Assembly (NCBI RefSeq): GCF_006345805.1
Contig: NC_043016.1
Span: forward strand, 24,986,001 to 25,050,000
DNA from: Octopus sinensis
Lineage: Eukaryota
Length of the DNA stretch: 64,000 nt
Direction: 5' to 3'
This document shows, piece by piece, positions 53,179 through 64,000 of the stretch (its first letter is position 1; every line of letters begins with the position of its first letter). The notes beneath the pieces are model-generated. The model was not told the DNA's origin, did no database searches, and was given only the letters and a program-made list of their open reading frames with translations. Position numbers and translations under genes: made by a program.

Positions 53179-54483
53179 TTGGTATATCTGCACATCCGCA
53201 CATTCACATAGATATAGCTACACATCTATAATATATATATATATATATATATAGATATATAGATATAGTACATGTGTATCTGTTTATTCTCCTCACCATT
53301 TGACAACCAGTGTTGGTTTGTTTACATCCTTATAACTTAGTAATTCAACCTAAGAGACAAACAGAATAAGTGTTAAGCTTAAAAATAAGTTCTGGGGTAG
53401 ATTCACTTGACTAAAACCCTCCAAAGCAATATCCCACTATGGCTGCAATCCAATGATTGCAACAAGTAAAAGATGAAAGAAGATACCACTTATAAAAATA
53501 AAACAAAAAAGGGTAGAAAAAAAACATCCCAAACATAGCCTAGTCACAAATTGAATGTGTTTAAAGAGGCTAGTTAAATCAGGTTTGATGCTGAGCTAAA
53601 TAACAACCCAATTGTGGATATTTCACATGATAAATAACTTCATCATTACCATCATAATGCTTAATTCAGTCTTAAACATTGAAACACTCAAATAGAGCAA
53701 TAAAGAAGATGGTAGCAGCAATGGCATTGGTGAAGGATTACAGCAAACAAATCTAAATGTTGTTTGGTGTTTATTTCATCATAGCAGAAAACTTGGGCCA
53801 AGATAAAAGGTCAGGCCATTATCAAAATATGTCGGTACAAAGTTACTATGAAATAGCGTCAACATATTAGATTAGATTATTTTTCAAGTCTGTTTAGGAA
53901 TGTAAAATAATCTCACCAGAGGGATCAACAGTAACATTTTTTAAATTAAAGCAATAGACACTCAGTCACACTCACTCACACACACACATACGTAAACACA
54001 CTCACACACAATGTATATCTACTGCTTAAAATACTGCCTACATAACAAGCATATGCTTTCATAGTCAACCTCACACACAAACATGCTATCTTTCACCACT
54101 GTTTCTACAAATGTACATGTAACAGCATTTATATAGAATCTGTGTCGGATTAACCTAGTACCATACACCACAGAGTCCACATTTATAGGGGTACCCCCCC
54201 TCCATCACCACCCTATTTACTACAATACTCTACATCCTTCGACTTCTATGAATGACTGGATCAATAAATAGTGTTCCAATACCTGGAATAATTCCAAGAG
54301 CCAATATACTTTAAATTAGATGCTTGCAAGGTATCAGTTTTGTTTCAGTAACTCAGCTCTTTTTCTGAGGCAGGGTTGTGTGGTTAAGAAACTCACTTTG
54401 CAATGACGAGGTTTCGGGTTCAATTCCACTGCATGGCACCTTGTCTTCTACTATAACTATGGACCAACCTATACCTTCTAAGT

Positions 54484-54517
<34 letters not shown>

Positions 54518-57228
54518 ACATCACTTGACAACCAGTGTCATTTTGTTTACATCCCCATAACTTATCAGTTCAGCAAAAGATACCAATAGAATAAATACCA
54601 GACTCAAAATAAGTACTGGCATCAATCTGTTTGACTAAACAATTCAAGGTTTAAAGAGGTGAAAATTACTATACTGCCTTCATCTTTTACTAATGGCTTT
54701 GTATCCCAGGTTGATCCAACATGTACAATATTTTCATGATCCAATATACTTTAAATTAAATTGCAATAAATCAATGGATAATTGGAAGAGTCACTATTTT
54801 TGTCAGATGCTAATAAATAGCCATACAATCCTATTTCTCTTTCTTTAATGCCTTAAACTCAGAATACAGTAATTGCACTTAATTATTCTTTTTCTTTGGT
54901 TGAATGATCAAATTTTTACTAATATTTATTTTAAAATTCCAGTTTGATTTCAAGGGAATAGTTATCATTAGTTTGTATAATATATAAGAAATATTTAGTG
55001 TGCTTGGGTATATGGGTATTTTGAAACTACTTCAAGGTGTGACAACTATACCCTACATAGTTACAAATTTCCATTTGGCAAGGCGTAGCACCTGTTTAGC
55101 CACCCTGCCAGGGATAAGGCGAAGTCACAGGACTGCAGCATACTGGCTTCTGAAGAGGTAGCAGAAGAGCTGAACTGAGCCAATGGTGCTTCTTATATTG
55201 AAGCTAAGCAAAGGAATCATCGAAGTTCAGCAGTCAGGATCACTAAGCTCTATCAAGAGAGGAACTGCAATGCATTCATAGGAGAGGTATCCATGGTTGT
55301 ATAATCAGCTAATGAAAGACTCACTATGACTCAAGCTCTCAATTCAAGCTCATAATTGTAGGATTGGATGGCAACAGTGAGTCATGGGAATCCATGAAAG
55401 TTGTGAAAAAAAAATTCAGTGTACAGCTTCTGCTTAAATAGTATACTACGAACAAAAGGTATACTACAAATATCAAGTTTAAATTGATATTGTCACACTT
55501 TCAATAAGACCAGAAAAGTAAATTTATCTTATATTAACATTTGTATATAAGGGGTGAATATTTAATTTGTGCATCTTAACTGTTTAAATAGCAATGCTAT
55601 TGTATATAGTAAATGGGAACTTGTAAAGTTTATAGCATTTGAGCTAAAGTTATAGCATTTAACACTTGAGTGTGAACCTAAATATATCAAATACATCAAT
55701 TTATCAGGTAAAATAATATTGGAAATCCTGTAGCCACTGCTTCCCCAGTAGCTGATCTATATAAACTAGGTAATGAGATATACAGCTAAATTCATTAAAT
55801 CAATTATTGGCACTCTATCAATTTCAACAATGAGGGTTCCAGTTGATCTGATCAACAGAACAGCCAGCTCATGAAATTAACATGGAAATGGCTAAGCACT
55901 CCATAAACACATGTACTCTTAACATAGTTCTCAGGGAGATTCAGCATGACACAGAGTGTGACAAGACTGGCCCACTGAAATACAGGTACTACTCATTTTT
56001 GCCAGCTGTGTGGACTGGAGCAACGTGAAATAAAGTGACTTGCTAAAGGACATAATGTGTCACCAGGAATTAAACTCCCAACCTTACAATTATAAGCTGA
56101 ATACCCAAACCATTAAGCCACGTGACTTCACATAAAATCAATTATACTTCAATAAAACAACTTAGGCATAAGCATGGGCTGTGTGGGTAAGCAGCTAAGT
56201 ACAGGCATAGCTGTATGGTTAAGAAGCTTGCTTTGCAGTTATGTAGTCCCAAGTTCAGTTCCATGATGCTGCACCTTGGGCAAGTGTCTTCTATAGCCAG
56301 GGCCAACCAATGCCTTATGAGTGGAATTGGCAGTCATAAATTCTCTATTTTTTTCTCCTCATCCACCCTTACCATAGACGAGTGTATGTTCAAAGCATTA
56401 AAAACTTTTTTGTACCACATGTGTGCTTTTGTCTGTGTCTCGCTTCCTTATCACCATCACTGGCTGACAACCAATGTTGGTTTGTTTACATCCCTGTAAC
56501 TAAGAGACTGAGAGAATAAGCACCAGACTTAAATTAATCCCGGGATCAACTTGTGTAACTAAACTCTCCAAGGTTGTACCCCAGCATGGCCACCGTCCAA
56601 TAGAAGATTAAAAAAACAGAGCAACTTTATATCATATAATACAGGCCCTAGCTCAATCCTGCTCTTTTTGAAGAACAGAAAAATATAAAACATGGAATAT
56701 TGCCCATCCTTCACATAGACATAACTGAGTTTAATCGTTCATGAATTTGTGGAGCATAACCCAATAATTAATATGTGTAAAAATATTACAATTTGCTTCA
56801 AAGCAGAACCAAAATGTTCAACTGCCTCGTGACCAAAAGCAATGTCAGCAACCATTGCCAACAACAAACACATGCTGTAGAAATTAATTCTATTCCAACA
56901 ATTTCATGTTTACTTAATTCTCTCAAGTTACACACCATACATTCTGTTTAGTGGGCCACATTTTACTTTCCAAGTTTTAGCTATTTCAGCACCAGCACAC
57001 TTCATTCTTCACAAAACCGTCTTACAGCATACAAATTCAGTTTAAGAAATTGAATACATTATTAAAGAGGAAAATAAATCTAGCTCTTTCTTTGAGTAAG
57101 ATTATATGTCTTGTATATCAACAGTTGAAAAAATGAATAAACAAATAAATAAATGTAGACATATTTTTCTTGTAATTCTTCAGCTTTACAGTATGAATAC
57201 CAATTTATTTAAACTGGCTACAAACCCC

Positions 57229-57259
<31 letters not shown>

Positions 57260-57454
57260 AAAGGTTATTAAATAGAACTAGATAAATAAACTTTTAAAAA
57301 ATAGCAATTGGACTTAAATATTTGTATTTGGTGGTGTTATTTGAATGGGGGGGGGGAGTAAATTGACTGCTTCTAATATTATTTAGCTAGAAATTTATAG
57401 CAGACAAGTAACCATTCCAAAGGAAGCCATTACAAGTGTTGTAAATATATCAGG

Positions 57455-57675
57455 AAAGAAAGAAAAGGAAGGGAAGAAAGAAAGGAAAGAAGGAAGGAAG
57501 GAAAGAAAGAAAGAAGGAAGGAAGGAAAGAAGGAAGGAAAGAAGGAAAGAAAGAAGGAAAGAAAGAAAGGAAGGAAGAAAGGAAGAAAGAAAGAAATAAA
57601 GAAGGAAGGGAAGAAAGAAAGAAGGGAAGGAAGAAAGAAAGAAAGAAGGAAGGGAAAAAAGAAAGAAAGAAAGGT
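57455..57675. repeat. (GAAA/GGAA)n microsatellite
   Basis: Direct inspection. Confidence 0.95.
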
Positions 57676-60600
57676 TCATGTAGCTTTACATGTGAACTTC
57701 TACCACTGTTTCATTGTTCTGAAATTAACAATGGAAACAACTATGTCCCTTGGTTCTCTAATATTTTCATAATTTAAAACGTGGGGGAAGAAAGGTCCTT
57801 CAACTTTTCAGTATCAAACACACCTACTAAGTTATACCATTAATGTACAACAAACACTCCCAATCAGTTTTCTTTTCAAAATGTGTTGCATACATTGAAT
57901 ATGAGCAGCAAGTAAAATGAGACCACCTGGCAGGATGGTATCTGTCTGGCATTCCTTTTTATTTCCACTCCACCCCCTCCTGCTATCTTGCATGTACATA
58001 TTTGTAATATGAAATAACAATAGGAGGCTTGTGTACTAGAGACTTTATTCACCATCTCAAATTCTTGTCCACCATGTGTTACACCGATTGCTAATGAAGA
58101 GTTTCACAACATAGAAAAATGCTGTTTATCATAACTTTTACCTCTGCTTATCCCATGCTGGCATGGGTTAGAGGAAGACTTACTGAAGTTGATTTTCTAC
58201 TTATAAATGCTTTTTCTATCACCAACCCTTGTTTTTCAAATAAGGTTCTTTTGTTTTCTTTTCTTGCGCCACTGGTCCTCACACATCAAAAGCAACAAAG
58301 TCACTGAACTATAGGTCTTTTGTTGACTGGAGAACATAAACTGTCACGATTTTTGCTCAATGTCTGCTAACCATTTTGATAGCATCCAATCTAAGGCAGT
58401 TCCTGGTTCAAACTTCTAGTCTTTAAGTGGTTTAAACTAAAAGCTTTTCACGTTAATTCATGCTCCAATCTCCAACTTATTACCAAGGTTATTTTACTAA
58501 ATTCTTTATTAATTTCAAAACTGAATTAGAGGTAGTATATTCCAACAGAAGTAGTATACAAAAGGGTTAATGATCTAAATTAAAACCTCCCATCAAAATT
58601 CCATGTTCCAAACGCCATCTTATTTTACTAAATTCTTCATTATTTTCAAAATTAATTGAAACAAAAGCAGTGTTTGTTTAGTTAACATACTTCAACATAA
58701 ATTTGGTAACAAAAGTGTTAAACAAAGAGATGATACTTAAGATTTGATCAGATAATTTTATTTGCTTCCTGGGAGGGACTGTGTGTGTAATTTTTTTAGG
58801 TCAGCTTTAGAATACTTAGTAATGTTCAAGCAAGCACTTCAAGAACAGAATTGATAATTTGCTGGTTCCACAAAATGAATTACCAAGAGATCTGTTAAGT
58901 TATAGGTTGATCTGCTAGAAATAGCAGCCAAATCCCTTCAAATTAGGGCAGCAAATAAGCACTCGTTCAAGCATGGAATGGATTGCCTTGCAGTATTTGT
59001 TCCGACTTTCTGTGCTCAGAATTCAAACCTACAAAAGTCAACTTTGTTGTTCACCCTTCTGGCATCAACAAAAATAAAATTACTAGCAAAGGTGACAGAT
59101 TAGCAGAACTGCAAGAACATAGGACGGGATTCCTTGGAGGTCAAATCTCACTATGGCATATGTGGACTTAATCTGTCAGCCAGCACTTTAACAGAGTCCA
59201 CTCTATTGCAAGTATTGAGACCATATGTGTAGACCATATGTGTAGACCCTGGGATGAAGGTGAAGTGTTAGCTATCTCACTGTAGCTTGTTCCAAACACT
59301 AATAATAACAGAGTTATTTTATTAAATTCTTCGCTATTTTCAAAATTAATTGAAGCAAAGATAGTGTATTTCAACAGAAGAATGGTAACTAAAAGGTTAA
59401 AGTGATCTAAATTCAAGCCTTCCATCAAAATACCACCTTAATTTGTTCCAAACATAAATTCATTACTTTCAAAATTGATTGAAACAAAGGCTGTGTATTT
59501 CAACAAAAATATAGATACAAAAGGGTTATTAAATCAAAAACTAATTAGTATGTAATATAAATACAGGAGTAGTAAAAACAGCAGCGCTTCCTTTGTAGGA
59601 TTGTATACGACATTAAGATGCACATCTGATACTTTTACCCCAATAAACAAATTGGCAGAGTTGTTAAAAGTGTTGGACAGAATGTCACAGTATTCTGACT
59701 ATCCACTCTGAGTTCAATTTGACATTTCATTCTTCCATCATCATCATTTAATGTCCATTTTCCATGCTGGCATGGGTTGGACGGTCTGACTGAAAACTGG
59801 TGAACTGGAGAGCTGCACCAGGTATCCAGGGTGATGGATTGACAGAGCTATATGAAAATCATGCCAGATGCCTTGCAGTATTTGTTACAGCTCTTTACAT
59901 AAAGAGTTCAAATCCTACTCTTTATGTAGACTTAAAAGTAGTAGACTTAATCCTTTGTAAGGTAGAAGACCTCGCACCTACACCCACCACTTCCTTGCAA
60001 TAAATTAATTTTAAAAAAACCTAAAAAAGCTTACAGATGATGATAGTAGACTTAATCTGTCAGCCAGCACCTTGGGCGCCTTTAACAGAGTCCACTCTGA
60101 TGCAAGTACTGAGACCATATGTGTAGACCTTGGGTAGTAGACTTAATCCTTTGTAAAGTTTAACACAACTATCTGATTCTTTGGGGCCCTTTGGTGGACC
60201 TTCACCCTGTTGTAAGCATTCAGGCTAAGTTTCTAATTCCAGGATAACATCCCCACTACAAAACTTAGAAGGTCTGCAAAAGGGTTATGAGCACTGCCCG
60301 CCATCATGACTAAAAGATTTTAAAAAAAAGAAAAAAAAAAGATAAAATGAGAACAAGAGGAGTCAAATTTTGGTAAATGAAGAATTTTTTTTCCATCTTG
60401 AAAGTATGCAGTGAAAAAATGTAATATGACTATTAGGTATACTATTTGTTCATTCAACTTGCTAAAATAGCAGCCAAATCTCCCTCAAATCACAACCAAA
60501 CATCTTTTAAAACAATAAGAAAAATACATCAGACAATGAATACCTAGATCATAATCATTGTTATTTTAATGTTCACTCTTTCATGCTTGCATGGGTCAGA

Positions 60601-62377
60601 AGTAGATTTTCTAAGGCTGGATGCCCTTCTTGTTACCAACCCCCATCTACTACCTTCTTGATAACAACCCTCACCTGTTCCCAAGCAAAGTAATATTTCC
60701 CCATGGCCAGACACGTTTTCACGGAATATCGGAAATTAACGACATTGTTTGTATGATAGTGATAATCATTTTACAACTATTCTGCAACATCAACCATGCT
60801 GCCAGGAATCAAACTCACAACCTTATGATTATAAGCCAAATATCCAACCCACTAAGTCTCACACCTTACATGCATATGTGCAATGGGCTTCTTTCAGTTT
60901 CCATCTACCAAATTTACTCACAAGGCTTTGGTCTCCCCAGGGCTATTGTAGAGGACATTTGTTCCAGGTACCACACAGTGGGACTGAACCTGAAAATATG
61001 TGGTTGGGAAACAAACTTGTTAACTCCACAGCCGTCCCTGTACCTTGATATAAGAAGGAAAATCGTTATAGCTAGAATACTTAATCAAAAATCTAGTTGG
61101 TCCAGGTCAGTCTAGCACTAAGCAACAATAGAAACCAAATTTGTGGAAAACTAGAGTTAATACAATAATAACCGATAGCTTGTTGGAAAATCAAATTTTT
61201 CTCAATCATTATCTCAAAAAAGAAATTTACATTTTTTAAAAAACTATTTTGAGCTATTAATAAACAAATTATTTGGCACAAAATTACATGAAAATATAAT
61301 TAGTTCCAATTGTCTTTTCTTTACTCTCAGTCATCACTTCATTAACAACAAGGTTTATAAGTTAGTACTGTAGTAGTGGTGGTGGCAGTGATGGTGGTCA
61401 TTGATGGCGATAATGGTGGTAGTGATAACGATGGTAGAGTGATGGTGGCAGTGGCAATGCAGGTGCAGATGAGTGGTAGTGGCAGTTATTATAATAGTGG
61501 TAGGTGGAAAATAGTTATAATTGTTGTTGTAGTAGTAGAAGCAGCAACCATTACACAACATCACTATCATCATCTGTAAGCTTTTTTAGGTTTTTTTTAT
61601 GAATTTATTGCAAGGAAGTGGTGGGTGTAGGTGCAAGGTCTTCTACCTTCCTTTGGATGACTTCCGCAAGCCCTCCCTCTCCAACTGGTAAGAATTAATG
61701 CAACAAATGTCAGTCACTTTCTATATTTGTCAATACTAGATGTGAGTGGTCATGCAGATCCCACTGCAGGAAATGGCTCAACTCCACCTCTCTCATAGTA
61801 ATTCTTTCATCCTTAACTATGAAACTGACTTCCCATGTACCCCTGGGATCATAGTCCTGTGAATTGCATGGCAACCTCAACTGTGCTGGTGGCATGAAAA
61901 AAAAAAAAAAAAAGGCATCCAGTTCATACTGTAAAGTGGTTGGCATTAGGAAGGGCATTCACCTGTAAAAACCACATCAAAGCAGGCATAGAAGTTCAGT
62001 GCAGTCTTGGACAAATCTATTCCTGTCAAACTGTCCAATCCATGCCAGCATAGAGCATGGACATAAAAACGATGATGGAAAACTGAAGATTTGACTTTAA
62101 ATGCTTGAAACAGAGTTAACTGATTTAAGGGAGATTTAGCTACTATTTCAAACCAGCTGATCTCAGTTGGTATATTGAAAGCTAGCAAATTACTCTTCTA
62201 AAAAAGAAGTTGACAGTTTCAGTGAGGAATTTAGCATGTAATAGAGGTGCCCATCAGCATAATAGAGGTGCCATTCTCACTACCCTTCTGTTTATAATAG
62301 TTCTTGAGGTTGATAGCAGATGAGTTTGAGACATTGAAAACTCTGATGATGTGGTGTTACTAATATCGAATAATATT

Positions 62378-62580
62378 AAGGTGGCCAGCTGGCAGAATCG
62401 TTAGCACGCCAGGCAAAATGCCTAGCAGTATTTCGTCTGTCTTTATATTCTGAGTTCAAATTCCGCCGAAGTCGACTTTGCCTTTCATCTTTTCAGGGTC
62501 GATAAATTAAGTACCAGTGAAACACTGGGGTTGATTTAATCGACAGGCCCCCTCCCCAAAATTTCAGGCCTTGTGCCTAA
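62378..62580 (+). mobile_element. tRNA-derived SINE family 3 (Nin-domain-like)
   Basis: gtcgactttgcctttcatc...gtcgataaattaagtaccag core; other copies at about 470-690, 4330-4568, 21550-21755, 24770-24975, 41680-41830, 44300-44520 and 63880-64000. Confidence 0.8.
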
Positions 62581-63315
62581 AGAAAAGAATATTGAATAAT
62601 ATTCAGCTTAAAGAAATGATGAACAAACTGAAAAACAATGCCTCAAGAATTAGAATAGCAATGACTTGTTTGAAGTACAATAATTGGCAAGGTAATGTAG
62701 ATGTGTTTTGTACACCTTCAGACTTTGAATTATTTCATTTCATTGTGTTTTAAATATAGCAAATTAAAGTTTTAGACTTTTAATCTTTGAAAAGTTATTT
62801 ATTACACAGATTTGTCAGAAGATATTTATATATGTATAAAAAAAAATGGAAAAAGAAATTTAAATAATTATTGAAATCTTGAAAAAAGATCTGGGTATTC
62901 CTCATATCAGATAATTGCAGTTAGGGAATGTTGGCATATTCAGACACCTTAGTCATAATAATGAATGGAAATAACATGCATATGCATATATTACTGTCTG
63001 TAAATGGTTAGCAAATGAGAGGAGACAATATAGCATTGAAAGGACTCAGTCTAGCTATGGTGAGGACACGACAACCTCTCTAGTGCTGTTGCCACACTAA
63101 ATTGCACTCAATATCCTCTGTAAAGTGGTTGTCGATAGGGAATGCATAGAAACTATACCAAAAGTTTATGTTTGAATAAGACATGATCTCTCAACCAATC
63201 TAAGAAGACAATAACTCTGAATAACAGCTAACTCAGACCATTATGACCTGTGAAACCCACACCAGCATGGAAAGATGATGTAAAATGATTTTATATGTTG
63301 TCCTTCTTCAATTAA

Positions 63316-63532
63316 CCCTTTCATTACTGTATTTATTTTGAGATGCTCTGTGTTTTTTTCAATTATTTTAGATATAACAAAGAATTTAGTAAAATAACTT
63401 AGTTATCATTCAGCTAGTGTTAGAAACATAAATTGTGACTTTGGTTTGGTGGAAGATTTTAATTCAAAACTTATGAAAATAAGACGTACTACAGAGTCAG
63501 AGGCAATTTCAGCCAGGTTGGTAACAAAAGGG
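63316..63532. mobile_element. piggyBac-like MITE, second family
   Basis: TTAA|CCCTTTC...AAAAGGG|TTAA; related fragments near 27.7-28.4, 58.4-58.8, 59.3-59.5 and 63.8 kb. Confidence 0.7.
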
Positions 63533-64000
63533 TTAAAAGGACTTTTGTTGTCTAAGGAATATTTCCAGCAGCAATTTCAGATTCTGGAGTCAGTTATTTG
63601 TCAAATCCATATTAATATCACTTCTTTCATGAGTAGAAGTAGAAGCGAAAGTTGTTAAAAAAAAAAAGAAAAAAAAGTCATATGAAACTAAAAATAAAAA
63701 TTTTCTATTGTCAGTGTGTGATTTTTTTTTCATTTTGTAGATTAACCATTTTGATATCAACTTGCCTGAGCCCATTCTTGGTTCTACGAATCAAATTTCT
63801 TGTTTTCAAGTGATTTCACTTAAAACCTTCCATCAAAATTTCATGTTAATTTATGTTCCAAACATTAGTTTAATAAATTTTGGAACAAAGCCAAAAAATT
63901 TGGGAAGGGGATAAGTTGATTACTTTGATCCCAGAATTCAATTAATACTTAATTTATTGACTGAAAAGATGAAAAGCAGAGTCAACCTTGACAGAATTTG

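Noticed and set aside
53905-53960. Candidate upstream esterase exon ending NVTVDPS with a phase-1 GTGAG donor
   Set aside because: No convincing acceptor or family similarity; the upstream exon was left unassigned
56735-56875. Possible minus-strand exon MCLLLAMVADIAFGHEAVEHF...
   Set aside because: No matching-phase donor and no motif support
61355-61579. His/Thr-rich or Val/Gly-rich ORFs
   Set aside because: Trinucleotide (GGT/GAT/AGT) low-complexity sequence
62343-62372. CTGATGA followed by GAAT as another hammerhead
   Set aside because: No GAAA and no stem II pairing; likewise the CTGATGA hits near 37228 and 47303

Overview
AT-rich, repeat-dense eukaryotic DNA. The SINE families and microsatellite load look like an octopus/coleoid cephalopod genome; this is recognition from memory, not a database search. 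One real gene is supported: a minus-strand alpha/beta hydrolase of the HSL/abhydrolase_3 (GDSAG) esterase family. I reconstructed six phase-consistent GT-AG coding exons between 47772 and 2642, carrying HGGG, GDSAG, the catalytic Asp (DPLKD) and the catalytic His (HGF). The first and last exons were not found and probably lie outside the window. The introns (one is 28.2 kb) are filled with mobile DNA: a decayed Helitron and two non-autonomous Helitrons, a Gypsy LTR remnant, Tc1/mariner and Tigger remnants, RTE LINE fragments, hAT and piggyBac-like MITEs, and several tRNA-derived SINE families. Almost all listed ORFs are artefacts of repeats or low complexity. The most notable observation is a 157-bp near-perfect palindrome (48003-48159), about 230 bp upstream of an exon. 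Each arm folds as a minimal type I hammerhead-ribozyme-like motif with a variant CCGANGA core, consistent with a Penelope-like pLTR pair. Two more decayed hammerhead-like motifs occur at about 5.97 kb and 31.39 kb. Also notable are an inverted SINE pair bracketing that exon and a mosaic patch at 59.9-60.2 kb apparently copied from two nearby templates.
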